From NCBI GenBank assembly GCA_965371515.1, contig CBDUYR010000039.1:1-26402 (forward strand): a stretch of 26,402 nucleotides of DNA, given 5' to 3'. Under the pieces are notes generated by a model that worked only from the letters and a program-made list of their open reading frames with translations, was not told the DNA's origin and ran no database searches. The stretch is from an uncultured bacterium (lineage in GTDB: Bacteria > Krumholzibacteriota > Krumholzibacteriia > Krumholzibacteriales > Krumholzibacteriaceae). Both the position numbers and the translations under genes were made by a program. Position 1 is the stretch's first letter. Every line of letters begins with the position of its first letter. Positions 7,744 to 16,521 of this stretch are shown piece after piece.

Positions 7744-8952
7744 ATGCTTCGCCATCTTCTCAGCGCAAACGATTCGAAGATAATCCTCCTCGTCATGGAC
7801 GGCGTCGGCGGCATAAGGACTTCCGCCTTTCCCGAGACCGCCCTCGACGCGGCACATACACCCAACCTCGACGCCCTGGCCGCCGGAGGCCTGTGCGGCA
7901 GGTCCCTTCCTGTCGCGCGGGGCATTACGCCCGGCAGCGGGCCGGCGCATTTCGCCCTGTTCGGATACGACCCGCTCGCTCCTGAAAACGACGTGGGCAG
8001 AGGGGTCGTGGAAGTGACCGGGACAGGGTACGATGTTCTCCCCGGTGACGTCGCGATAAGGGGCAATTTCGCGACAATCGACGGCGCCGGAATCCTCACC
8101 GACAGGCGTGCGGGCAGGATCCCCCACGAGGAGGGGGAGAGGATCTGCGCAAAGCTCGGAGAGGGGATAAAGGAGATCGACGGGGTCGAGATAATAGTGA
8201 TGCCCGTGCGCGAATACAGGTTCGGCGTGGTCCTCAGGGGAGAAGGCCTCTCTCCCGATGTCGAGGAGACCGATCCCCAGGTGACGGGAAAGAAGCCCCT
8301 GTCTCCCGTCGCGATGAACACCGGCGCGGAGCGGACCTCCTCGATCATCGCCAGGTTCATCGAGATGGCCGGCGCGATCCTCGCCGACGAGGAGAAGGCA
8401 AACGCCGTCCTTATGAGGGGCATATCGAGCAGGCCAGTCATCGAACCCTTTTCGGACAGGTACGGTCTTTCAGGGGCCGCCGTCGCGGCATACCCGCTCT
8501 ATCGCGGCGTCGCCCGGCTCTGCGGAATGGACATCGTCGACACAGGATTTTCCGTGAAGGAGGAATTCGATACGGCATCTGAGATATTCAGGCGGGGAGA
8601 GCACGATTTCATCTTCATACACGTCAAAAAGACCGACTCGTACGGTGAGGACGGCAACCTCGATGGGAAAAAGGGGATCATCGAGGAGGTCGACGCTCAC
8701 CTGACGATATTGCTCGGTCTCGAGCCCGATGTACTGATCGTCACTGGCGACCACTCCAGCCCCTGCGCGATGAAGAGCCACTCGTGGCACCCGGTACCGT
8801 TCTTACTGAAGTCTGAATTCTGCGGTATCGACGGGGCCGCCGCCTTCAGCGAGGCCGAATGCGACCGAGGCGCCCTTGGCGTCTTTCCCGCGGTCGATAT
8901 CATGACGTTCGCCCTGGCCAATTCCGGCAGACTGAAGAAGCACGGCGCGTGA
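7744..8952 (+). CDS. apgM: 2,3-bisphosphoglycerate-independent phosphoglycerate mutase (ApgM type)
   Basis: LLVMDGVG, TPNLD, TPGSGPAHFALFGYDP, AIRGNFAT, DRRAGRI, HVKKTDSYGEDG, TGDHSSP, HSWHPVP; SD AAGGAG. Confidence 0.93.
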   Translation: MLRHLLSANDSKIILLVMDGVGGIRTSAFPETALDAAHTPNLDALAAGGLCGRSLPVARGITPGSGPAHFALFGYDPLAPENDVGRGVVEVTGTGYDVLPGDVAIRGNFATIDGAGILTDRRAGRIPHEEGERICAKLGEGIKEIDGVEIIVMPVREYRFGVVLRGEGLSPDVEETDPQVTGKKPLSPVAMNTGAERTSSIIARFIEMAGAILADEEKANAVLMRGISSRPVIEPFSDRYGLSGAAVAAYPLYRGVARLCGMDIVDTGFSVKEEFDTASEIFRRGEHDFIFIHVKKTDSYGEDGNLDGKKGIIEEVDAHLTILLGLEPDVLIVTGDHSSPCAMKSHSWHPVPFLLKSEFCGIDGAAAFSEAECDRGALGVFPAVDIMTFALANSGRLKKHGA

Positions 8953-8955
8953 TAC

Positions 8956-10365
8956 CTACCTGCCGCCGGCCTTCCTCCGTAATGTCATGACGACCTGTTC
9001 GAGGGTCTCGATATTCTTTTTCTCGATTTTCTGGTCGTTCCCGGCATTAGTGAGCATCCTGATCGAATAGATCTTCCCGTCCAGCAGCGTCATCGTCCAA
9101 AGCCAGGCTCCTCCGCCCCTCGTCCTCGTGCCCTGCCTGTATGTCCATCTGCCGTACGCAGCCGGAACAGCCTCCTCGCCGACTATGAGCTTTTTCGAGC
9201 CCTCCGCCGTCATCGCGTACAATCCCTCCTGCGAGCTTGCGTAACGGGCCATCCTGTCATGTATGTCCTCGAGGATGACCTCGCTCCTGCTTGTCGGCTG
9301 CCACCTCAGTTCGAGCTCGAGATATCCCTCGTCCGACTGCACGATCCACTGGATCATGCCGGCATCGGACCCTCCGGCTGCGTCGCTCGGGACGAACCCG
9401 GTCGGGATATCCATTTCGACGAGCGGCGCGACTACTTCGAGGGCCTTCATCCGGTATATCGCCTGGATGTTGAAGGGGAGAAGGTTCGCCTGGAAATATC
9501 CTCCGGCTCCGGGGACATCGATCTCCTGAATCGACCTGGAAAGTGTTCTCCCTCTTCTTATCGCATCGACGCTGAGCCCGATCAGGTCGACCATGTAGCT
9601 TCTCTGGAGGTCGATAATGCCGGCATCTCCGGCCTGGCCCTGTCCGGGCACGACGATTTTCGGCTGCTCGTCGTCGAGCCTGTCGAGCGTGATCAGCCAG
9701 TTCCCGAAATCGGCTCCCTGGTCGCCCATGTTGGGATGATACCCGTTGCTGACCAGTCCCCCTGTAAAGACTATACGCTTTGAGGGGACGGCCACTACGA
9801 GGTCTCCCGCCGTGTGCCCCGGGCCGAAATATGTCACGACTGCCTCGATCCCTCCGAGATCGAGCCTGAGCTCGCCGGCGACGAATGAATCTGGCAGGGC
9901 CGGCTCAACATCCTTTATCATCTCGAAGACATCGGGCTTCCGGTCCCTGTAATGATCCCTGTAGATGGGGCTGAACCTCTCCATCTCGATCTTCGTCTCC
10001 GGTCTCGCGAGGATGATCGCGCCCTCGGCGCGGAAGATCGAATTCCCCCAGACGTGATCGGGATGATAGTGCGTATTGACGAGATGGCTGACAGGCAGGT
10101 CGGTGATCGAGCGGATCGCCTTGAGGAGCTGCCTGGCGTGGTTGTAGCTGAATCTCGAATCGACCACGAGCACCGATTCGTCTCCAACGATGAACCCGGA
10201 GTTCGCCCCGAGGCCCTCCGCCGATGACGGCCCCGGCGCGATCCACGCATAGACCCTCTCGTCGAGACGGATCAGGCCCGTGCCGCTGATGTCGGCCTGC
10301 CGGGAGCACCCGGTCGCGATTGCGGCGGCAAGTGCCGCGGCGATGATCCATCTGTTCACTTTCAT
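8956..10365 (-). CDS. MBL-fold metallo-hydrolase lipoprotein with an extra C-terminal domain
   Basis: Lipobox IATGC; ANSGFIVG, NTHYHPDHVWGN (HxHxDH), GHTAGD; C-terminal extension of about 150 aa. Confidence 0.85.
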   Translation of the reverse strand: MKVNRWIIAAALAAAIATGCSRQADISGTGLIRLDERVYAWIAPGPSSAEGLGANSGFIVGDESVLVVDSRFSYNHARQLLKAIRSITDLPVSHLVNTHYHPDHVWGNSIFRAEGAIILARPETKIEMERFSPIYRDHYRDRKPDVFEMIKDVEPALPDSFVAGELRLDLGGIEAVVTYFGPGHTAGDLVVAVPSKRIVFTGGLVSNGYHPNMGDQGADFGNWLITLDRLDDEQPKIVVPGQGQAGDAGIIDLQRSYMVDLIGLSVDAIRRGRTLSRSIQEIDVPGAGGYFQANLLPFNIQAIYRMKALEVVAPLVEMDIPTGFVPSDAAGGSDAGMIQWIVQSDEGYLELELRWQPTSRSEVILEDIHDRMARYASSQEGLYAMTAEGSKKLIVGEEAVPAAYGRWTYRQGTRTRGGGAWLWTMTLLDGKIYSIRMLTNAGNDQKIEKKNIETLEQVVMTLRRKAGGR

Positions 10366-10512
10366 AACCCGCTCTCCTTGTCTTCTGATATTTCGCTACA
10401 ATGATTTTCACGCGCAGGAGGAGTATATAGCAGGCGGGCCGCCCGATGCAAAACCTACATCTCCGGCGGCCCGCCGTCTGCCTGCTTTTTCATTGTGGAG
10501 TTTCGCGCTCTA

Positions 10513-10839
10513 CTATACGGCCCCGTCGATCCACTGCTTGAGGTGTTCCTTCGGCAAGGCTCCTGACACGGAGGCAACTTCCTCGCCGCCCTTGAATATC
10601 TTGAGCGTCGGGATCCCCATGATGCCGTACTTGATGGCGACGTTTCTCGCGTCGTCGGTGTTGACCTTGGCGAAAGAGACCTTTCCATCGTATTCGTCGG
10701 CCAGTTCGTCGAGGATCGGCGCAATCATCTGACAAGGGCCGCACCACGGCGCCCAGAAATCTACGACCACCGGGACGGCCGAATCCAGCACCTGTACCTG
10801 AAATTCATCTTCGCCGACGTGAAGTACCTTATCGCTCAT
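10513..10839 (-). CDS. trxA: Thioredoxin
   Basis: VDFWAPWCGPC, GIPTL; 108 aa; SD AAGGAGG. Confidence 0.97.
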   Translation of the reverse strand: MSDKVLHVGEDEFQVQVLDSAVPVVVDFWAPWCGPCQMIAPILDELADEYDGKVSFAKVNTDDARNVAIKYGIMGIPTLKIFKGGEEVASVSGALPKEHLKQWIDGAV

Positions 10840-10854
10840 TTTCCCTCCTTGCCG

Positions 10855-11193
10855 TCAGCCGCGGAAACATCCGCATCTGCCGAGGCAGTTCAGCATATTG
10901 ACAACGTTCTTTTCCTTGAGCCTGTAATAGACCCTCGAATCTTCTTTTCTTCGCTCTACAATATCGTTCAGTCTGAGATTCTTCAACTGCTGAGATACCA
11001 GTGATTGTTTCAGTCCCGAAATCTCGCAGAGCCTGGAAACGGTCCTCTCGCCGCCGACCAGGATGTTGACGAGACGAAGCCGCGCCGGGTTGGCCAGAGA
11101 CTTCAGGATCTCGGACGACTTTTCTATCTCGTCTTCCCTGAGCGGTCCCGGCGACACCGCCGCCCCTCTTCTTTCCGTTGTTGCCTTTCTCAT
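10855..11193 (-). CDS. ArsR/SmtB family transcriptional regulator
   Basis: LKSLANPARLRLV, QSLVSQQLKNLR, RVYYRL; Cys-rich tail CLGRCGC. Confidence 0.92.
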   Translation of the reverse strand: MRKATTERRGAAVSPGPLREDEIEKSSEILKSLANPARLRLVNILVGGERTVSRLCEISGLKQSLVSQQLKNLRLNDIVERRKEDSRVYYRLKEKNVVNMLNCLGRCGCFRG

Positions 11194-11202
11194 AACGAAA
11201 TT

Positions 11203-11231
11203 ATAATATTACAATATTGCACTATCGTCAA
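11203..11231 (-). promoter_or_regulatory. sigma70 promoter of arsR-trxA with an overlapping palindromic operator
   Basis: Minus strand TTGACG-N17-TATTAT; imperfect inverted repeat ATATTACAAT/ATTGCACTAT (11206-11225) covers the spacer and part of the -10. Confidence 0.6.
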
Positions 11232-11281
11232 GAAAATAATTCAGCCGGGGGGCGTTTTGTGCCGAAAACCCTCCCTAAGCC

Positions 11282-11310
11282 TTGACATGGCCATGGAGTG
11301 GGAATAGAGT
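11282..11310 (+). promoter_or_regulatory. Putative sigma70 promoter of dapA-dapB
   Basis: TTGACA-N17-TAGAGT. Confidence 0.6.
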
Positions 11311-11375
11311 CTGTGTTGCCCGAAAGGGTGTCCGCGACTGCACGGACAGGGCTGTGAATGAAGGAGGATGGTTTC

Positions 11376-12269
11376 ATGCTCAAGGGTCTATACGTTGCAC
11401 TCGTCACGCCGTTTACGGAGGACGGAAGCCTGAACGAGGAGAAACTCCGCGAGCTGGTCCGGTTCCATATCGACGCCGGCGCCGATGGACTGGTCCCTTG
11501 CGCTACTACCAGCGAGAACCCCACATACACGTGGCAGGAGCATTTCAGGATCATCGAGATCGTCGTCGAGGAAGCGGCGGGAAAGCTCAAGGTAGTGGCC
11601 GGATGCGGCACCAATTCGACGACCAAATCGATCGCAAATATCAAGAAGGCGAAGGAGCTCGGAGCGGACGGTGCCATGGTAGTGACGCCGTACTACAACA
11701 AACCGACGCAGGAGGGGCTTTACGCGCATTTCATGAAGCTCGCCGACGACGGCCGGCTCCCGCTGATGCTCTACAACGTCCCGAGCAGGACCGGCCTGAA
11801 CATGAAGCCGGCTACCGTCGCCAGGCTCTCGCAGCACGACCTCATCGTGGCCGTCAAGGAAGCGAGCGGCTCGGTAGAGCAGATGGCCGAGATCATCATG
11901 CTGTGCGGGGGGAAGATAAACCTCCTCTCGGGAGATGATTCGATAACCTTCCCGATACTGGCAATTGGCGGAACTGGCGTGGTGAGTGTCGTGGGAAACA
12001 TCGTCCCGAAGGACGTGCGCGCGATGATATCGGCGTATGAGAAGGGTGACCTCGACAAAGCCCGCGACCTGCATTACAAGCTGCTCCCCCTCAACCAGTC
12101 GATGTTCATAGAAACAAATCCGATGCCGGTCAAGGAAGCGATGAACATGCTCGGCATGGGCGTCGGAAACGTCCGGCTGCCGCTTGTCAGGATGCTCCCC
12201 GAGAATCTTGTCAAGCTCGCGTCCTCGCTGACCGATTACGGGCTCGAGGTGAAAAATCCGCCTGCATAG
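11376..12269 (+). CDS. dapA: 4-hydroxy-tetrahydrodipicolinate synthase
   Basis: ALVTPF, TTSE, VVTPYYNKPTQEG, LYNVPSRT, VKEASG (Schiff-base Lys), LSGDD, ETNPMPVK; SD AAGGAGG; directly followed by dapB. Confidence 0.95.
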   Translation: MLKGLYVALVTPFTEDGSLNEEKLRELVRFHIDAGADGLVPCATTSENPTYTWQEHFRIIEIVVEEAAGKLKVVAGCGTNSTTKSIANIKKAKELGADGAMVVTPYYNKPTQEGLYAHFMKLADDGRLPLMLYNVPSRTGLNMKPATVARLSQHDLIVAVKEASGSVEQMAEIIMLCGGKINLLSGDDSITFPILAIGGTGVVSVVGNIVPKDVRAMISAYEKGDLDKARDLHYKLLPLNQSMFIETNPMPVKEAMNMLGMGVGNVRLPLVRMLPENLVKLASSLTDYGLEVKNPPA

Positions 12270-12278
12270 GGGCACGAA

Positions 12279-13043
12279 ATGATCAAGGTAGTTATCAACG
12301 GCGTCCTCGGCAGGATGGGCGGCATCGTCGCCGGTGAGATCGTCGCAGCAGACGATCTCACCCTTGCGGGCGCTGTCGAGGTCGCAGGTCACGAAGGTAT
12401 CGGGAGCACCGTCTGCGGGGTCGAGGTGACCGACGAACTGACGTCTGCCCTGGCCGGCGCGGATGTCGCCGTCGACTTCACCCTGCCCGAATCGGCTTCA
12501 GCCTTCTTCGAGGCCTGTTCCGCCGCGGGGGTACCTGCGATAACGGGAACGACCGGCCTGTCTCACCAGCAGATCACCCGGGCGAGGGAGATCTCGGGCA
12601 GCATCCCCGTTCTGATCAGCCCGAATATGTCGCTCGGAGTCAATCTTCTCTTCAAGGTCACCGAGGATATTGCCAGGGCCCTCCCGGGATTCGACATAGA
12701 GATCACCGAGATCCACCACAACAGGAAGAAAGACTCCCCGAGCGGCACCGCCGTAAAACTGGCCGAGGCGGCACTCAAGGCCCGCGCCGGGGCGACCGTG
12801 ATCCACGGAAGGCAGGGCATGGTCGGCGAGAGGCCCACCGGAGAGATCGGCATGCACTCACTGCGCGGCGGCGACGTTACCGGCGAGCACACCGTCATCT
12901 TCGCGGGAGAGGGCGAGAGGGTCGAGTTGACACACAGGGCCCATTCGCGCAGGACGTTCGCGATGGGCACGCTGCGAGCGATAAGGTTCATCGCCGGCAA
13001 ACAGGCCGGTTTTTACAAGATGTCGGATGTCCTGGGCCTTTAA
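12279..13043 (+). CDS. dapB: 4-hydroxy-tetrahydrodipicolinate reductase
   Basis: GRMG, VDFT, GTTG, SPNMSLGVN, EIHHNRKKDSPSGTA, LRGGDVTGEH, THRAHSR. Confidence 0.96.
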   Translation: MIKVVINGVLGRMGGIVAGEIVAADDLTLAGAVEVAGHEGIGSTVCGVEVTDELTSALAGADVAVDFTLPESASAFFEACSAAGVPAITGTTGLSHQQITRAREISGSIPVLISPNMSLGVNLLFKVTEDIARALPGFDIEITEIHHNRKKDSPSGTAVKLAEAALKARAGATVIHGRQGMVGERPTGEIGMHSLRGGDVTGEHTVIFAGEGERVELTHRAHSRRTFAMGTLRAIRFIAGKQAGFYKMSDVLGL

Positions 13044-13130
13044 AGCCACGAAAGTCCTTCTGTCTCGTTATCCCCCCAAAACACGTGTGTAAAGTATCCC
13101 GACAGTAAAACGGGTCTCCCGATCCACTCG

Positions 13131-13146
13131 TGGTCTGCTTCTTGCA
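13131..13146 (+). promoter_or_regulatory. Putative sigma54 (-24/-12) promoter of the pga-like operon
   Basis: TGGTCTGCTTCTTGCA = TGG-N10-GC-A, about 55 nt upstream of ATG 13200. Confidence 0.6.
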
Positions 13147-13199
13147 GTGATTTTCATGGATTATAAGAAGTTTTCCGCGGCATAGCGAAGTCGGGCATC

Positions 13200-13643
13200 A
13201 TGAAATCTGACCGGAACAACAAGCAATTCCAACCGGAGGGTGGATCTCTGCCTCGTATTGTGTTCCATGTCGCTATAGCCGTGCTCGGCTGGCTCCTCTT
13301 CGCCTACTTCTGGAGGGCCGTCGGCGAGCGGGGCCTGTCGCCCGGGGTCATTATTTCCCTTGTCGCGATGGCGATATTTCTCGCCACAGTTATCATCATG
13401 ACGACGCTCTGGATCGTGCACAACCTCAGGATTTCCCGACGTGACAGGCGCACCGGAAACAGGCCGGTCGCCGAAGTTCTATACCAGCAGGACAAGATCG
13501 GCCAGACGATCGAAGGCGAGGATTTCGATTCTCTCAGGAGCGCCGATATGATAGAGGTGGCCGTCAAAGACGGGAAAAAGACCTACCGGAGGGCAAAGCG
13601 CTTGTCTCAACCGGGTTCGAATATCTTTAGAATAAACGAGTGA
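13200..13643 (+). CDS. PgaD-like inner-membrane accessory subunit
   Basis: Two TM helices followed by LWIVHNLRISRRDRR, resembling the PgaD W..YN..RF...RR motif; lies immediately before a PgaC-like GT2. Confidence 0.6.
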   Translation: MKSDRNNKQFQPEGGSLPRIVFHVAIAVLGWLLFAYFWRAVGERGLSPGVIISLVAMAIFLATVIIMTTLWIVHNLRISRRDRRTGNRPVAEVLYQQDKIGQTIEGEDFDSLRSADMIEVAVKDGKKTYRRAKRLSQPGSNIFRINE

Positions 13644-13653
13644 GCGATCAGCG

Positions 13654-14913
13654 ATGGATCTTTTGACAATACTCGATCAGCTTGAAAATTCGGCGATCTA
13701 TTTGATCGCACTGGTCTTCTTTGCCTGGTATCCGATCTTCTCGAGCATGATGTGGATCATAACATCACTGATCTACTTCTTCAGGCAGGAGAGAAAACAG
13801 GGGGGAGATTTCTACAAACTGGATATCTATCCCTCCGTCACTGTTCTCATCCCGGCCTACAACGAGGAACGGAACATCGAGAACACACTCAGCGCCGCGA
13901 CTTCGATCGATTATCCCGAGTACGAGGTTGTCGTAGTGGACGACGCCTCGACTGACCGTACGGCCGAGATCGTTACTCGCTTCGTAAGCCAGAGAAAAGT
14001 CCGGCTCATCCGCAAGCTGGTAAACGAGGGCAAGGCGATGGCGCTCAACGACGCCATCCCCTGCACGAACGGAGAGATACTGCTCATCATAGACGCGGAC
14101 GCGAGTCCCGACCCGGATATCCTCAAGTACATTGTTCCCCACTTTCGCTTCCCCCGCGTGGCAGCCGTCACGGGAAACCCAAGGGTCGCGAACAGGCAGA
14201 GCCTTCTCGGCAAGCTCCAGTCGATAGAGTTCACGTCGATCATCAGTCTTCAGCGACGTGCGCAGCGCGTATGGGGAAGGATAATGACCATGTCCGGGGT
14301 CGTAGGGGCATTCAGGCGCTCGGCCCTGAACGATGTGGGGCAGTTCAGTCCCGAGATGGCGACCGAGGACATCGATCTTACATGGAAACTGCACCTGAGA
14401 CATTACGAGGTGCGTTACGAGGCGCGGGCCCTCGTCTGGATGAGAGTGCCGCAATCCCTTCCGGGGCTCTGGAAGCAGCGGCGGAGATGGGCGCTGGGCC
14501 TCTCGCAGGTTTTAAGGAGGCACGGGGTGACGGCCCTCGCCTGGAGGCACCGGAGGCTCTGGCCCGTCATGCTCGAATCGACATTGTCGATACTCTGGGC
14601 TTACGCATTCGTCCTGCTCACAGTGATCTGGATCATCTCCTACTCTGTCGGGTACCCCCCGGTGGGAGCGAGCCCGATACCGAACTGGTGGGGGATGCTG
14701 ATATCGACCGTCTGCCTGTCGCAGCTCCTCACAGGTGTGCTCCTCGACAGGCGCTATGACCGCGGGCTCGGCTGGTATTTCGGGATCGCCGTCTTCTATC
14801 CGATAATCTACTGGATACTGCTCGCGATCATAACAGCCTCCTATTCGCCCAGGGGCCTGATGAGAAATCCCATCGCCGGACGGCTGACCCGATGGCAGCC
14901 TGTCAGGGAGTGA
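13654..14913 (+). CDS. pgaC: Poly-beta-1,6-N-acetylglucosamine synthase-like GT2 glycosyltransferase
   Basis: PAYNE, DDAS, NEGKAMALN, IDAD, AVTGNPRV, EFTSIISLQRRAQRVWG, TEDIDLTW, QRRRW; TM helices at both ends; PgaC/IcaA-like length. Confidence 0.85.
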   Translation: MDLLTILDQLENSAIYLIALVFFAWYPIFSSMMWIITSLIYFFRQERKQGGDFYKLDIYPSVTVLIPAYNEERNIENTLSAATSIDYPEYEVVVVDDASTDRTAEIVTRFVSQRKVRLIRKLVNEGKAMALNDAIPCTNGEILLIIDADASPDPDILKYIVPHFRFPRVAAVTGNPRVANRQSLLGKLQSIEFTSIISLQRRAQRVWGRIMTMSGVVGAFRRSALNDVGQFSPEMATEDIDLTWKLHLRHYEVRYEARALVWMRVPQSLPGLWKQRRRWALGLSQVLRRHGVTALAWRHRRLWPVMLESTLSILWAYAFVLLTVIWIISYSVGYPPVGASPIPNWWGMLISTVCLSQLLTGVLLDRRYDRGLGWYFGIAVFYPIIYWILLAIITASYSPRGLMRNPIAGRLTRWQPVRE

Positions 14914-14922
14914 CAACCGAGA

Positions 14923-16515
14923 ATGACCATGAAGCCGAAGAAACTGATACCGATATTGATACTGCTGGTGGCCGTACTGCTTCCAGCCCGAAGCCGGGCC
15001 GCATCAAGCGCGGATATCGACGAGTCGGTCCACAAGGCCCGTGAAGCCGCCGCGGCCGACCGCCATTCCGAGGCGATAGCGCTGTTCGAGAAGGCGTGCG
15101 CCCTGGACTCCTCGCTCGTTTCCCGTCTCGGCAAGGAGATCGGCTTTCAGTACACCTGGGACGACAGGCCAGGCGAAGCGCTCCCCTATTTCGAAGCGTA
15201 TATCGCTAATCACCCGGATGATTCCGAGGGGCTTCTCGGCTACGCCCTTGCTCTCTCATGGGCCGACCGCCAGGAGGAATCGCTCGAATACTACAGAAGT
15301 GTACAGAGCAGCTATCCCACTTCTCTCCAGGCCAGTGTCGGCGAGGCTCGCGTCATATCCTGGATGGACAGGAACAGCGAAGCCGAACTGCTCTACCGGA
15401 AGATCCTGGATTCCGAGCCGGAAAACCTGGAAGCGAGGCTCGGGCTCGCGCAAGTGATCAACTGGCAGGGTCGACACCGGGAGGCGAGAGAGCATTACAC
15501 GAATATCCTTGAGGACCACCCCGGCAATCGTGACGCGATCCTGGGACTCGCCCAGGCTGAGGTGTGGCTCGGGCGCAACGACAGGGCCCGCGAGCTGCTC
15601 GAGGGATTGGAGGGCGATGCCGAGGCAGAGAAGCTTCTCGCGGGGATCGACCGGGGATCGTCATCAAATCTACGGTTCGATTACGGCGTCTCTAAGGACT
15701 CGGACGAGCTGGTCATGCACCGTTTCGAGGCTGGAGCGACCTATTACATCGACGATCTGACTTCGGCCGGGATCTTCGTCGGCAGACTCTCGATGCGGCA
15801 GGATGACTTTCCCCATATCACGGTCAAGAGCGTCTCCTTGAGGTTCTACAGGCGATTCAACGAGGATATCTCTATCAATGTCGATCTCAGGCCCCTCATA
15901 ACGGACTACTTCGATCCTTTCACGTTCGATACCTGGCTCACCTGGACGCCGAACTGGCGCCTCAGGTTCGATTTCGGCGCCTACCGCCAGCTCGTCGAGA
16001 CCCCGCTGTCGGTCATGCGCAGCATTACGGCAACGGGCGGCAACCTCGGTGTCGGTGTGCGCGCGAATGACCGGCTCCTTGTGAACGGCATCTTCGATCT
16101 CAGAGGGTACTCGGACAACAACAACCGCACGCTCTGGGGCACGAGCCTTTCATGGCTCGCTGTAAAGAAGCCGGTTGAGCTGTCGCTGGTGCCGGGCTAT
16201 ATGGGCTTTTCCTTCGCCCGCTGGGAGGACAACGGGTACTACAGCCCGGAGGAGTACCACAACATCGGACTGGGCGCAAAGATGCAGTACAACGTAAAGG
16301 GGAAGGTCACCTTCACCGTCGAGGGCCGCGTGTCGGAGGAGAAGGAGGGGGGCGGGGATTTCTTCACCGTCGGTTCCTTCAGAGCGGCGGCGGCGCACGA
16401 TGCGCACGAGCGGGTGACATGGGGCGGCGAGTTCTTCACATCCAATTCCAGCCTCGCCGGCGACGCGGGATACGGCAGGACGCTGCTGCAGATTTTTCTC
16501 GTCGTGAGGTTGTGA
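14923..16515 (+). CDS. TPR plus outer-membrane beta-barrel exopolysaccharide export protein (PgaA-like)
   Basis: Signal peptide; TPR repeats (ARLGLAQVINWQG, AILGLAQAEVWLG); C-terminal amphipathic strands with GYYSP, a motif seen in PgaA/BcsC-type porins; operon context. Confidence 0.7.
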   Translation: MTMKPKKLIPILILLVAVLLPARSRAASSADIDESVHKAREAAAADRHSEAIALFEKACALDSSLVSRLGKEIGFQYTWDDRPGEALPYFEAYIANHPDDSEGLLGYALALSWADRQEESLEYYRSVQSSYPTSLQASVGEARVISWMDRNSEAELLYRKILDSEPENLEARLGLAQVINWQGRHREAREHYTNILEDHPGNRDAILGLAQAEVWLGRNDRARELLEGLEGDAEAEKLLAGIDRGSSSNLRFDYGVSKDSDELVMHRFEAGATYYIDDLTSAGIFVGRLSMRQDDFPHITVKSVSLRFYRRFNEDISINVDLRPLITDYFDPFTFDTWLTWTPNWRLRFDFGAYRQLVETPLSVMRSITATGGNLGVGVRANDRLLVNGIFDLRGYSDNNNRTLWGTSLSWLAVKKPVELSLVPGYMGFSFARWEDNGYYSPEEYHNIGLGAKMQYNVKGKVTFTVEGRVSEEKEGGGDFFTVGSFRAAAAHDAHERVTWGGEFFTSNSSLAGDAGYGRTLLQIFLVVRL

Positions 16516-16521
16516 CGATTC

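Noticed and set aside
10429..10490. GC-rich inverted repeat with a plus-strand T run between trxA and the MBL gene
   Set aside because: Orientation is ambiguous; it is most simply a trxA 3' hairpin overlapping the MBL promoter, with no evidence for a separate RNA.
10840..10857. The arsR TGA is in frame with trxA (5 codons apart), suggesting Sec or readthrough fusion
   Set aside because: In-frame spacing happens one time in three, trxA has its own strong SD (AAGGAGG) in the gap, and no SECIS-like hairpin was evident.
11311..11375. Hairpin in the dapA leader as a possible lysine riboswitch
   Set aside because: The leader is only about 60 nt, far shorter than an L-box, and lacks its conserved motifs and a terminator.
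11490..11520. DapA motif ATTSE instead of GTTGE, suggesting a non-DHDPS aldolase
   Set aside because: Both Thr residues, the catalytic Tyr/Arg/Lys motifs and the dapB linkage are intact, so ordinary DapA is the simplest reading.
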